Assembly: GCA_038727515.1 (NCBI GenBank)
Contig: JAVYVS010000001.1
Span: forward strand, 465,964-529,963
Length of the DNA: 64,000 bases
Reading direction: 5' to 3'
Source of the DNA: Candidatus Methanomethylicia archaeon
GTDB lineage: Archaea > Thermoproteota > Methanomethylicia > Culexarchaeales > Culexarchaeaceae
Of the stretch, positions 19,162-29,645 are shown piece by piece. The position numbers and the translations under genes were made by a program. The notes beneath the pieces are model-generated. The model did not search any database. It worked only from the letters and a program-made list of their open reading frames with translations, and had not been told where the DNA came from. Numbering within the stretch: position 1 is the first letter of the stretch; the number at the start of each line of letters is the position of its first letter.

Positions 19162-21090
19162 TTAACTACACTTTAATTTAGTTAAACGTAGAGAGTTTAG
19201 CAGTATTAGTAGAGTTAAACCGTCATCACCTATAGCTACAGCAAACCATAGTGGAATTAAACCTAAAAATCCAAGAAAACCGAGGAGCATTTTAACTCCA
19301 ATGGATATGAAAATGTTTTGTTTAGCTATACTCATGGTTTTCCTACTTAATCTAATTAAATGTTGTATAAGACTTAATTTATTGTTGATTAAGATTACAT
19401 CAGCAGATTCCAATGCTGCATCAACTCCACTACCCATTGCAATACCAACATTTGAAGCAGCTAATGCAGGAGCATCATTAACACCATCACCAACCATAGC
19501 TACAAATCCATACCTACCTTTAGCATCTTCAATTATCTTCAATTTTTCATCTGGAGATAAATCTGCATAAACCTCATTTATTCCAATGGTATTAGCAATA
19601 CCCATAGCTATATCAAATCTATCACCAGTAATAAGCATAGGTTTAATTCCCAAATCAATTAAACTTTCAATTGTAGATTTAGCTTCCTCCCTTACATCAT
19701 CGAAGAAACATATGGATGCATTAATAGATCTATTAATTGATACGCATATAGACGTATGATTATCCCCTTCTAGTATTATTGTGGGATCCTCACAATTACA
19801 AGAATATTTCAACATCATATCTAAATTTCCAACAAAAACTTCTAAACCATTAACATAACCAATAATCCCCTCACCAGGAAGCTCTTTAACACCTTCAACA
19901 CGGAGATTTTCAAATGGTAAATTTCTCTTGGAAGCTTCTTCAACAATTGCTTTAGCAATTGGATGATTAGAAAAACGTTCTAAAGCAGCAGCATACATTA
20001 AAATTTCATCACTAGCATTATTAATGTGTTTAATATTATGCACCCTTGGAAAACCAAAAGTTAATGTTCCAGTCTTATCGAATAATATAGCTTTAATCTT
20101 ACTCAAATTCTCTATGTAAATTCCACCTTTAACGAGAATTCCACATTTAGATGCAACAATTATTGCAATGAAAATTGTTGATGGAATAGAAATTATAAAT
20201 GCACTTGGACAAGAAATAACAATTAATATTAGTGATTTATATATCCATGAATCCATAGATCCACCGAAAAATATTGGACCAATAACAACGATTAATATGG
20301 AAGATAAAATTATTATTGGAACATAAAATCTAGAGAATTTATCAACTAATCTCTCTACATTAGCCTTTCTAGATCTAGCTTCTACAACTAGATTTACAAT
20401 TCTTGAAATAAAGGATTCTTCAACCCTCTTATCAACCTTAATCTTAAGTACACCATCCATATTCATTGTACCAGCATAAACGTTATCACCAGACTTCATC
20501 AATACTGGATTTGACTCACCAGTAACTATTGATTGATCCACCATAGATTGACCATCAATAATCACACCATCAAATGGAATTCTCTCTCCAGGTTTAACTA
20601 GAATTACATCACCAATAGATACAGAATTTAAATCAACATACTCTTCACCTTCACCAACTAAAACTCTAGCTTTATTTGGAAGTAATTTTGAAAAAGACTC
20701 TATATGTCTCCTAACTATATCCTCAATGAATAATTCAAGATACTCTGAAATAGAGAATAATAGGAGAACCATTGTAGCTTCAAAATGTAAATTTAAATAT
20801 AAAGCTCCAAATGCAGCGATAGACATTAAAATTTCAATGGAAATATTCCTTTCAAAAATTAATTCTCTAAAACCCAATAAACCAATTAAACCTCCAACAA
20901 AAATAATTACAAGAGTATACAAAAACTTTGAAAAATAAATTTCACCATCAAAAAAAGGTGGGAAGATTATTGGAAAATCTAAGTAAACAAAAACACTAAG
21001 AATACTAGAAACAATAATTGCAAAAGATAAGGTTACAACTAATAAAAACCAAAATTTACCTCTATCATCATCCACAATTCTAAAATCCAT
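19162..21090 (-). CDS. P1B-type heavy-metal-translocating P-type ATPase without an N-terminal metal-binding domain (P1B-4-like architecture)
   Basis: DKTGTLT, TGES, GDGVNDAPAL and MVGDGVNDAPAL motifs are present. The TM metal motif reads CPS (VISCPSAF), not CPC or SPC. At 642 aa it starts directly with TM helices. Confidence 0.85.
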   Translation of the reverse strand: MDFRIVDDDRGKFWFLLVVTLSFAIIVSSILSVFVYLDFPIIFPPFFDGEIYFSKFLYTLVIIFVGGLIGLLGFRELIFERNISIEILMSIAAFGALYLNLHFEATMVLLLFSISEYLELFIEDIVRRHIESFSKLLPNKARVLVGEGEEYVDLNSVSIGDVILVKPGERIPFDGVIIDGQSMVDQSIVTGESNPVLMKSGDNVYAGTMNMDGVLKIKVDKRVEESFISRIVNLVVEARSRKANVERLVDKFSRFYVPIIILSSILIVVIGPIFFGGSMDSWIYKSLILIVISCPSAFIISIPSTIFIAIIVASKCGILVKGGIYIENLSKIKAILFDKTGTLTFGFPRVHNIKHINNASDEILMYAAALERFSNHPIAKAIVEEASKRNLPFENLRVEGVKELPGEGIIGYVNGLEVFVGNLDMMLKYSCNCEDPTIILEGDNHTSICVSINRSINASICFFDDVREEAKSTIESLIDLGIKPMLITGDRFDIAMGIANTIGINEVYADLSPDEKLKIIEDAKGRYGFVAMVGDGVNDAPALAASNVGIAMGSGVDAALESADVILINNKLSLIQHLIRLSRKTMSIAKQNIFISIGVKMLLGFLGFLGLIPLWFAVAIGDDGLTLLILLNSLRLTKLKCS

Positions 21091-21202
21091 TTAAACCTAA
21101 ATCACATCAATATTAAACAAATATTAAACTTATGCTAAAAATTAAAGTAAAAATATTAATGTAATATTATTTCAATGTTAGAATGTTAATATAGGTGGAA
21201 AT
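21091..21202. promoter_or_regulatory. divergent promoter/operator region between the P-type ATPase and nikR, with tandem AATGTTA and AATATTA repeats and an AGGTGG Shine-Dalgarno
   Basis: Direct repeats AATGTTA at 21174-21180 and 21182-21188, and AATATTA at 21152-21158 and 21163-21169 (11-bp spacing). AGGTGG lies 7 nt before the nikR ATG. Confidence 0.35.
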
Positions 21203-21601
21203 ATGACTGTCGTAAGCATAACAATACCAGATGAATTATTAAGTAGATTTGATGAATTTATTAAAACACGTGGATACTATAGTAGATCAGAAGCATTTAG
21301 AGATGCCATTAGAAGTTTACTTGCAGAAGCAGAAATATCAAAATTAAAAGAAGGGAAAATTGCTGCAACCATAATGATAACATACGATTATAATAGTAGA
21401 GATATAGATTTAAGATTAAGTGAGATTAGACATGAATTTGATGATGCAATAATCGAGAATATACATAGACATGTAGATCAGAAATACTGTTTAGAAATAC
21501 TTATTGTTGAAGGAAGTAATGATAGAATAATGAGGTTAATTGGGAGAATAAGAGGTTTAAGAGGGATACAGCAAGTAAAAGCTATATACATGGAACTTTA
21601 A
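21203..21601 (+). CDS. nikR: NikR-family nickel-responsive transcriptional regulator (RHH + ACT-like metal-binding domain)
   Basis: An N-terminal ribbon-helix-helix (ITIPDELLSRFDEFIKTRGYYSRSEAFRDAIRSLL) and C-terminal HxxH...C ligands (IHRHVDQKYC) in 132 aa. Confidence 0.75.
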   Translation: MTVVSITIPDELLSRFDEFIKTRGYYSRSEAFRDAIRSLLAEAEISKLKEGKIAATIMITYDYNSRDIDLRLSEIRHEFDDAIIENIHRHVDQKYCLEILIVEGSNDRIMRLIGRIRGLRGIQQVKAIYMEL

Positions 21602-22494
21602 ACAACTCTAATAAGAGGCTTTAATAAATTCATTTTAGCATTAATCTTAACTTTATCACCAATCTCAAGTATATTTCCAGATTCAATGTAAATTGAAGTT
21701 AGAGAGGAAGAGAAAATAGCGGATTCAAGAGGATCACCGCTTAAATCATACATGTATAGAAAAGCCGTTGTACAAATATCTCCAGCACCAGTTTCTTCAA
21801 TAACTGAATTAACTATTGAGGGTATATGGTAAATGAGGTTATCATAAGCAAGATACATACCTTCACGCCCCATAGTTAACAATACTATCAAGCCATATTT
21901 ATTGGAGAGATACTTAGCAGATTTAATTGAATCAAGGATTCCAGTACCCACAAATGCTTCAAGGAAATCACAATGTAAAACATCAGTATACTCAAATAAT
22001 TCATCAATAAAGATTGGTTTAACAAGTTTAATGAATCCTTGAGAATCAAAAAACCTCATAAATCCCTGTAAATCAATTGAGCATAATTTTGAATTTTCAT
22101 AAACATATTTAACTATATCCATTGACACTTCATTGGCGACAGGTCCTACATGTACAATTATATTTTCATTAATTACATCAAGTACATCGTTAATATGAAT
22201 ATCACTACATCTACCCATAATTCTAATCACTCTATCCCCATCATATTTAAGTAGAAAGGATGTTGAAGGTATATCTTCAAATTTAACTCTAGACATATTT
22301 ATTCCAAAGGATTCTAAGTTCTTTAAATATTCACGTGGGAAATCGAAGCCAACTTTAGATATTAAACCAACATTCCAACCTAAGATTTTAGCTACCATAC
22401 TCGAGTAATATGCTGTACCACCCATGCATTTCTTAAAACTCACACCTCTAACAATATTATCTAAAGTTAAATGTCCAATAACATAGAAATCCAA
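21598..22494 (-). CDS. PfkB-family carbohydrate/nucleoside kinase; the start is uncertain (the ORF track extends to 22575)
   Basis: N-terminal VIGHLTLDNIV..GGTAYYSS and C-terminal GAGDICTTAF are PfkB signatures. A TTG at 22494 gives a typical N-terminus and avoids a 6-bp head-to-head overlap with the divergent gene. Confidence 0.65.
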   Translation of the reverse strand: MDFYVIGHLTLDNIVRGVSFKKCMGGTAYYSSMVAKILGWNVGLISKVGFDFPREYLKNLESFGINMSRVKFEDIPSTSFLLKYDGDRVIRIMGRCSDIHINDVLDVINENIIVHVGPVANEVSMDIVKYVYENSKLCSIDLQGFMRFFDSQGFIKLVKPIFIDELFEYTDVLHCDFLEAFVGTGILDSIKSAKYLSNKYGLIVLLTMGREGMYLAYDNLIYHIPSIVNSVIEETGAGDICTTAFLYMYDLSGDPLESAIFSSSLTSIYIESGNILEIGDKVKINAKMNLLKPLIRVV

Positions 22495-22569
22495 TTTAAA
22501 CACCAAATATAAATGTGAAAGATAAGTTAAAATAGTAATTGCAATTAATTTTAGAAAGCAATTTAAACG

Positions 22570-23574
22570 ATGCATGATATAGATTATTCTATGAATGAAT
22601 CCATAGAAGAACGTATAAATAAGATATCGAAATTAATAGTAAACAAACTAATATCGGTAAATGAGAATGAAAATGTAATGATAATAATAGATGAAGATTC
22701 TGAATTAATAATGGTAAAAGCATTATTTAATGAAGTAATAAATTCTAAAGCTACACCAATAATAGTAACAATCCCAAGTAATTGGAAATCACACACAACA
22801 CTTCCAAAACCTGTACAAGCAAGTTTAGAATACGTAGATGTAGTTATAGGTATGACTAAAAAGACTGCAGCACCATCATATGATCCAGAAGTAGCTAGAT
22901 TATTAAAAGATAAAAAGATAAGGTATATGTCTATGGTTCTAAGACCATTAGACAATTACATAAATGGTGCTGCATTAGCAGATTATGAAGAAGTATATAG
23001 TGATGCAAAAAGACTTAGTGAACTTATGCGTGGCGATAGAATAAAGGTTACAACTAAACTTGGAACAAATATAGAAGCAATCATTAAAGGCTCTAGGATA
23101 ATAATTGAAGCTGGATTTGCTACAAAACCAGGGGAATCAGCAGCATTTTCAGATGGAGAAGTATCATATACTCCAATTGAGGGAACAGCCAATGGAATTG
23201 TAATTGTAGATGGACCAATAGCATACATTGGAAAACCAAGTGAACCATTAAAATTAATCATTAGAAATGGGAGGGTAATTGATATTAATGGTGGAAGAGA
23301 AGCAATGGAATTAATAAATATGATTAAGAAAACTCCAAATCTAGATAATTTAGCTGAATTCGGCATTGGAGTTAATAAAGCAGCTAGATTAAATGGATAT
23401 TGGCAGGAGGAAAAGAAGGCTTATGGAAATTTACACATAGCCTTAGGAGACAATATATATTATGGTGGAAAAACTAAATGTGATATTCACATGGATTTAG
23501 TCATATATAAACCAACAGTTGAAGTTGATGGGAGAATTATAGTTAAAGAAGGTAAATTAATATTTCATGAATAA
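22570..23574 (+). CDS. aminopeptidase (M29/aminopeptidase T-like, thermophilic metalloprotease family)
   Basis: At 334 aa the size and the DGEVSYTPIEGTANGIVIVDGPI and HIALGDN-like segments resemble PepS/AmpS-family enzymes. This is not a strong call. Confidence 0.45.
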   Translation: MHDIDYSMNESIEERINKISKLIVNKLISVNENENVMIIIDEDSELIMVKALFNEVINSKATPIIVTIPSNWKSHTTLPKPVQASLEYVDVVIGMTKKTAAPSYDPEVARLLKDKKIRYMSMVLRPLDNYINGAALADYEEVYSDAKRLSELMRGDRIKVTTKLGTNIEAIIKGSRIIIEAGFATKPGESAAFSDGEVSYTPIEGTANGIVIVDGPIAYIGKPSEPLKLIIRNGRVIDINGGREAMELINMIKKTPNLDNLAEFGIGVNKAARLNGYWQEEKKAYGNLHIALGDNIYYGGKTKCDIHMDLVIYKPTVEVDGRIIVKEGKLIFHE

Positions 23575-25248
23575 AGGTTTATGTCTTAAAACTTTACCAG
23601 GCTTTAAACCTGTATGAACACCTTTATCTACAACTATTACACCATTAACAATAACATATTCTATCCCCTTAGGGAAAGATTGAGGATTGAAATATGTTGC
23701 AGTATCACTAATTAAATCATAATTGAATATAACTATATCAGCCCAAAATCCTTCACGAATTAAACCTCTATCAAAAATACTAAGTCTACTAGCTGGTATA
23801 GATGTCATCTTCATAATAGCAGTTTCAAGAGACATTATTTTAGATCCACAATCATAATTTAATTCACTTCTAGATTCACCCTTAACATACTTCCTTATAA
23901 CCATTGGGAAAGTTCCATAACTCCTAGGATGAGCAGCTTCTTTAAACAATACTCCACGTGGACTTAAAGCATAACCATCAGACCCAACCATAGAAAATGG
24001 ACTTAAAGCAACATTCCTAATATCATTCTCATCATAATAAAATCCCATAATACTACCACTCAAATTCTCCTCCAATAATATATCAAAATATGCTTCAAAG
24101 GGATCTACACCCCTCAATTTAGCAATTTCCTCAAAATTCATACCAATAAGATCCCTATTCCTATTGCATTCACTTAAATAGATCATATTCCATAAACCCC
24201 TTTTAATAAGTCCACATGGACCTGGACCTGGAATAGGCTCTAAAATCATATCCTCCTTAATTTTAGTTCTTAAATCTGGATCTCTTAATCTTGAAATAAT
24301 CTTATTTAATCCACCTTCTTGAGCCCATGCTGGAAGCAATGCACTAAGACTTGTTGAACCTGCAATATATGGATGAAAATCACATGCAACATCTAAACCT
24401 CTTTTACGAGCTTCTTCAATAATTCTTAATGTTTCTATAGATTTACCGAAGGCACCAATTTTAGGTGGATGATGAGATATTTGAACTCTAACACCAGATT
24501 TCTCAGCTATATAAATGGCTTCATTTAAAGCATCTATAATTGTTTCACGTTCACCTCTAATATGAGTTGCATATAAACCATTATATTCAGAAACAACTTT
24601 ACATAATTCCACAAGTTCTTCAGTTTTAGCAAATCTACCAGGAGCATAAACTAAACCACTAGACATACCAAAAGCTCCATCTTCAAGAGACTCTTTAAGT
24701 ATAGCCTTCATTTCCTCTAATTCACTTAAACTTGGGCTGCGAGCTTCAAAATCCATAACACAAGACCTTATTTGACCATGCCCAACAAGCATAGCAACAT
24801 TAATTGAAACACCATTACTTTCCATAATAGACAAATATTCATCTACACTACTCCATGTGAGATTTAAATTATATTCACTAAGCCTTCTAAGCATACGATT
24901 AATAGCAAAATCCCCGATAACTGGAGCTGCAGAACTACCACAATTACCCACAACCTCCAATGTAACGCCCTGCATAACTTTACTTTCAGCAAGTGGATCT
25001 ACAAGTAATGTAACATCAGAATGACTATGAATATCAATAAAACCAGGTGAAACAATTAAACCATTTGCATCAATGATTCTATCAGCTTTAAAAACTTCAT
25101 GTTTAGAGATAGCGGAAATAATACCATCTTTAATTGCAATATTAGCTTTAAACCATGGATTACCGCAACCATCAATAACAATACCATTAAGTATTGCAAT
25201 ATCATATAACCCATGAGAATGCATAATGAATATTATGAAAATTAACAT
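23557..25248 (-). CDS. N-acyl-D-amino-acid deacylase (D-aminoacylase) family amidohydrolase
   Basis: The signature SPGFIDIHSHSD, a long amidohydrolase barrel and C-terminal GxWADIVIF are present. It is a paralog of 57714-59489. Confidence 0.75.
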   Translation of the reverse strand: MLIFIIFIMHSHGLYDIAILNGIVIDGCGNPWFKANIAIKDGIISAISKHEVFKADRIIDANGLIVSPGFIDIHSHSDVTLLVDPLAESKVMQGVTLEVVGNCGSSAAPVIGDFAINRMLRRLSEYNLNLTWSSVDEYLSIMESNGVSINVAMLVGHGQIRSCVMDFEARSPSLSELEEMKAILKESLEDGAFGMSSGLVYAPGRFAKTEELVELCKVVSEYNGLYATHIRGERETIIDALNEAIYIAEKSGVRVQISHHPPKIGAFGKSIETLRIIEEARKRGLDVACDFHPYIAGSTSLSALLPAWAQEGGLNKIISRLRDPDLRTKIKEDMILEPIPGPGPCGLIKRGLWNMIYLSECNRNRDLIGMNFEEIAKLRGVDPFEAYFDILLEENLSGSIMGFYYDENDIRNVALSPFSMVGSDGYALSPRGVLFKEAAHPRSYGTFPMVIRKYVKGESRSELNYDCGSKIMSLETAIMKMTSIPASRLSIFDRGLIREGFWADIVIFNYDLISDTATYFNPQSFPKGIEYVIVNGVIVVDKGVHTGLKPGKVLRHKPLFMKY

Positions 25249-25502
25249 TAATAAATATTGATCTACTTAAACTCTACATGTTAGGTAACATTACCTATTT
25301 CTTCCAAGGATTCTCATTAGTAGTTATTCCACAATGTTTACACTGCCAATAATATTCTATACCAAGTATCCTACCATTTTTATCAGTAATATACTTTGGA
25401 TGTCTAATCCATTCATGAACACACTTCTTACTAGATTTTGACACGGCACCTCACCATGAAATTACAATCCTACATGTACTAGGAGACTTAAATATTTTTT
25501 GG

Positions 25503-27269
25503 TTATAAAAATTTTGAAAGTATATTCATTAAAACTTGTAATATTAAGGAGCTAGTCATAATACCAGTAGCTATTATACTACCCTTCTCCTTAAAGAATT
25601 CTTTACCAAACCTTCTATCAGTATACCATCTAATTAAACCTCCAATACCCATGGGAACAATATAATGTGGTGGTAGAAGCATACCCATAGCTACACCAAA
25701 CATAGAAATTGGAGTAAACAATTCTAGGAGAGCTCCAAGTATACCACCACCAATAAAGAGAAATGGATTAATAATTGTACCAATATTACCGCCAACAAGC
25801 ATTCCAAGATAAGCTCTTATTTGAATAAATGAAATAGCAGGCATTAAGGTATTGCCAAACCCTATATACAACCATAAAATTAAAGTGAAAATTATACTAG
25901 AGATAAATGTTGGAATCCAACCAAGCAATTTAGCTTTAATAATATCACTCCAAGAAACATCAAATTTATCCCTATACTTATAGTATGGAAGTACACCATT
26001 GGAAATCCATGCACTAGGTCTAAAGAAACTTGAAACCCAATATCCAGGATAACTCCTATAACCAAGACTAAATAATGGCATATCATAAAGCAATATACCA
26101 ATCATACCCATACCCATGCCCGTTTCACCAGACATTCTAGTAATAATTATACACTCAATAAAACTACCCAATAGAAACATGTATGCAACGAACAATACAG
26201 AGATAAATGATGGAAATGGATATAAGGGATTAAGAAACCATGCTAAAATTAGAGTCAATGAAAATATTACTAGGAAAATTAATCCGAAAAATCTATTGGA
26301 TAAAAGGAATTTTATAAAAATCTTATATAATTGAATATACCCCAACCTATCACTTGATTTTTCATTAGACTTCCTACCCTTAATAAACATTAAAATAGAT
26401 AGTAAACCTCCCCCAAGAAGCAATATTCCAAGTGATGGAGATATGGAGAAAGCCATAAGTAGAGAATTATATGAAGTCATAGGATCTAGAGAAGGCTTAA
26501 ATAAACCATATAAGGCAAGTATTGGTGATATAAGTAGATAGGTTATTAAACCAAAAAGTAGCAAACTTAATGATACATCAACATTAATTATATATCCAAT
26601 AGCTATAAAACCGAGGCTGAAGGATATAGCCATAATCATCCCATAGGGTAGAATTGGAGTTAAATTTAGAATGGTGATATCATAATCCCAAAAAAGTGGT
26701 AGGTATTGTATAAATGTTATCAAACCACCTATGAGAGCAGATAATCCAACAAGTCTAGCATGTCCACCACCTTTCAAACATACATCCACTAAAGTTGCTT
26801 CAACAGAAGTGTAAGGCCATATCATCCTCCTATCATTAATTAATGCTTCCCTCAAAGAATAAGTGAATATTAAACCTCCAATACATGTAATTAAAGTTCC
26901 AATGGAAAAGAATAGTATAGGTGGAATTAGAGAGGAGATGTCAATACATCTATTTAAAATGGAATTCATAGATGGAGACATCCAAAATGGCAAAGAAATA
27001 CGTTCATTCTCAATCAAATATAATATGAAACCGAAAACATTATAAATAGCCATGGAAGAAGAACTTGCAATTAAAACTACAGATAATTCACGTCTACTAG
27101 AACCGCCACTAACCTTATGAAAAAGTGCATATGCAATAGCTATAGCAACAGCACCAAAACCAAAACTCATACCCAAATTAATACTCAAATATCCATTTAT
27201 GAAACTAAATAAAAGGGCTAAAATAATACTCAAAAAAATAGACCTTAAACTAAATCCGCCGATGATCAA
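25503..27269 (-). CDS. polytopic membrane transporter, probably OPT-family oligopeptide transporter
   Basis: 588 aa with at least 14 TM helices. The size and N-terminal organisation are OPT-like, and it sits beside peptidase and amidohydrolase genes. Confidence 0.4.
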   Translation of the reverse strand: MIIGGFSLRSIFLSIILALLFSFINGYLSINLGMSFGFGAVAIAIAYALFHKVSGGSSRRELSVVLIASSSSMAIYNVFGFILYLIENERISLPFWMSPSMNSILNRCIDISSLIPPILFFSIGTLITCIGGLIFTYSLREALINDRRMIWPYTSVEATLVDVCLKGGGHARLVGLSALIGGLITFIQYLPLFWDYDITILNLTPILPYGMIMAISFSLGFIAIGYIINVDVSLSLLLFGLITYLLISPILALYGLFKPSLDPMTSYNSLLMAFSISPSLGILLLGGGLLSILMFIKGRKSNEKSSDRLGYIQLYKIFIKFLLSNRFFGLIFLVIFSLTLILAWFLNPLYPFPSFISVLFVAYMFLLGSFIECIIITRMSGETGMGMGMIGILLYDMPLFSLGYRSYPGYWVSSFFRPSAWISNGVLPYYKYRDKFDVSWSDIIKAKLLGWIPTFISSIIFTLILWLYIGFGNTLMPAISFIQIRAYLGMLVGGNIGTIINPFLFIGGGILGALLELFTPISMFGVAMGMLLPPHYIVPMGIGGLIRWYTDRRFGKEFFKEKGSIIATGIMTSSLILQVLMNILSKFL

Positions 27270-27397
27270 CTAAACACCAAAGAAAAACAACGTTTGTATA
27301 AAAATATTAAGATTGCTTACGAAAAGTGATCAAAAAATGAGCAAAATATTATCTCTAATATTTCTTCTATTCCATGAAAATTTAAATAATTATAAAG

Positions 27398-28249
27398 TTA
27401 ATATGAAAAGAATATATTTAAACCAATTTCTTTAGAATATTCAGTTAACTTGTTTTTCATAAAATTATAATACTTATTATACCCATAAATTAGAATTCTT
27501 CTAATAGAATCTCTATGATGTATTGGTAGAAAAGATGTAAGATCATTTATGTATTTAAGTGAATCTCCATGTATATTAAGCCTATCTACAACAACATATT
27601 CAACACCTACTTCAACCAATTTATTCATTAAATCATAAACGTATTTTTCATTCAATGGCATTAATGGAGCAATAAAGGCATAAGTTTTAATTCCAGAATC
27701 ACGTAAAGTCTTGATGGCTTTAATTCTTTCCATTACAGGTGGAGTTTTAGGTTCAAATTTAACTCTTAAATCTTCATTTAAATTTATGAATGAAAAACCA
27801 GCGTATATATTATTAAATTTTGACAATATATCTAAATCTCTTAATATCAATGGCGATTTAGTTAAAATATATATTTCAAAATTACTTTTAAGCAGAAGCT
27901 CCAAGATTCTACGTGTAATCATAAATTTACTCTCAAGAGGTTGATATGGATCAGTAATACTACTAATCAAAACTCTACCATTAGAATTACGTTTCAATTC
28001 CCTAATTAAAACTCTAGGTGCATTAATTTTAGCATAAACATATTCACCCCAAGGCATATCCCTAAATTTATATCCAACATAGAATCTCCCATAACAATAC
28101 CTACATCCATGTTCACAACCAATATATGGATTAATGGAATAATCAATATCATAAAGCAAACTTTTATTTAAAACAGATTTACAATAAATTTCACCAATCT
28201 TCAATTCAACCAATAAATTATTTGAATAGATAGATTTATTTATATGCAT
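27398..28249 (-). CDS. radical SAM protein, SplB-like DNA repair photolyase family (COG1533-like)
   Basis: INPYIGCEHGCRYCYG matches the SplB-family NPYxGCxxxCxYCY motif. Length 283 aa. Confidence 0.65.
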   Translation of the reverse strand: MHINKSIYSNNLLVELKIGEIYCKSVLNKSLLYDIDYSINPYIGCEHGCRYCYGRFYVGYKFRDMPWGEYVYAKINAPRVLIRELKRNSNGRVLISSITDPYQPLESKFMITRRILELLLKSNFEIYILTKSPLILRDLDILSKFNNIYAGFSFINLNEDLRVKFEPKTPPVMERIKAIKTLRDSGIKTYAFIAPLMPLNEKYVYDLMNKLVEVGVEYVVVDRLNIHGDSLKYINDLTSFLPIHHRDSIRRILIYGYNKYYNFMKNKLTEYSKEIGLNIFFSY

Positions 28250-28271
28250 ATAGTGGGAAAAGGTATTTGGA

Positions 28272-29645
28272 ATGAAGGAAGATCATGAAAAGAGGAAATT
28301 TGTGAAGAAGGTTAAGAGGAAGATACCATGGATTGAACAATTAATAGAAAACTATAGAGATGCATTAGACTTAAACACGATAGATGTAGAAATAAGCATT
28401 AGAAGTAAAAATATGAATTTATGTATATATTGCAGGGGGGCACATAATCTATGTGGTAAAATTAGATGCCCAATAACTATAAAACTATATTCATACCTTA
28501 AAAATAGAGTTAAAATACATGGAATTAATATTGAAGGATCATCACCACCAGGAGTTTTTGTAGGGAGATATGGATATCCCAATGTTCAAATGGGACCATT
28601 AATACCACCAGTAATTGGGAATACAGAAATATACGATTATCCAGAGAAATGGCTTGGAATGAGCTTAGAAGATATAGTGGATATAAGGCTGCAGCTAATT
28701 AGAAGTAGATTTCAAATAAACGTAAAGAGAATTGAAGATAAAAATAGAAATTTAGAGATAACACAAGAAATATCTCTATCACAAAGACCAGTAGATGCAG
28801 AAGTACAATTTTTAAAACCACCTGGAAGTAGGATATTATTGGATGATGAAATACAACCAATTGGACCTTCAGCACCAATAAACAAGATAATAGTATCAAA
28901 TGTAAGTGTAAATCCAATAATGGAGAAAATTTATTATGATTATGATTTAAAAGCTTCAGAAGCAATCATGGAATTATTCAAATATAACATACCAGTAAGC
29001 AATATACAGAGGGTATTAAGTGTTGGAGTACTTGGTGTTAAAAGGGATAGGAGAATAGTTCCAACGAGATGGAGTATAACGGCTGTAGATAGTACGATTT
29101 CAAGGAGATTGAGGGATGAAAAGATTAAGAGAAATCCATTGATAAATGAATATCGAGTATATGAATCAGAACTTCTTGGAAATAAATTCTTAGTAATAAT
29201 GTTTCCAGATGCATGGCAATATGAATTTATGGAGGCATGGTATCCTGGAACAGCATGGAATCCAGATATGAATATGATAGCAATAGGTGGAGATTACGAA
29301 CCATATGAGGGTAGAACTACCTATGCTCAAATAGGTGGATGCTATTATGCAGCTAGATTAGCAACAACAGAATACCTTGAGAAAGAGGGTAGACAAGCGG
29401 CAGTACTAATATTTAGAGAAGCATACCCAGAATACATATTACCATTAGGTGTATGGGTTGTAAGAGAAGGAGTTAGAAAAGCCTATAAAAACAAACCACT
29501 GAAATTTAACACTATAGAAGAAGCATTAAAATATGCTTCAACTAGATTAAAGATAGATATGAAATATTGGCTTGAAGAAAGTAAATTGTTAAGAAATGAA
29601 ATTGGCCAAAAGAAGATTTTAGATTATATTAAGCGCAAACTTTGA
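28272..29645 (+). CDS. Nre-family-like archaeal protein (putative DNA-repair associated), with an N-terminal Cys cluster
   Basis: The Cys cluster CIYCRGAHNLCGKIRCP is followed by PPGVFVGRYGYP, which I recall from archaeal Nre (DUF650/651) proteins. The 457-aa assignment is from memory only. Confidence 0.35.
   Translation: MKEDHEKRKFVKKVKRKIPWIEQLIENYRDALDLNTIDVEISIRSKNMNLCIYCRGAHNLCGKIRCPITIKLYSYLKNRVKIHGINIEGSSPPGVFVGRYGYPNVQMGPLIPPVIGNTEIYDYPEKWLGMSLEDIVDIRLQLIRSRFQINVKRIEDKNRNLEITQEISLSQRPVDAEVQFLKPPGSRILLDDEIQPIGPSAPINKIIVSNVSVNPIMEKIYYDYDLKASEAIMELFKYNIPVSNIQRVLSVGVLGVKRDRRIVPTRWSITAVDSTISRRLRDEKIKRNPLINEYRVYESELLGNKFLVIMFPDAWQYEFMEAWYPGTAWNPDMNMIAIGGDYEPYEGRTTYAQIGGCYYAARLATTEYLEKEGRQAAVLIFREAYPEYILPLGVWVVREGVRKAYKNKPLKFNTIEEALKYASTRLKIDMKYWLEESKLLRNEIGQKKILDYIKRKL

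Noticed and set aside
22494-22575. A 6-bp head-to-head overlap of the divergent PfkB and M29 ORFs.
   Set aside because: It is most likely an artefact of taking the longest ORF. An internal TTG at 22494 gives a canonical PfkB N-terminus and a normal divergent promoter gap.
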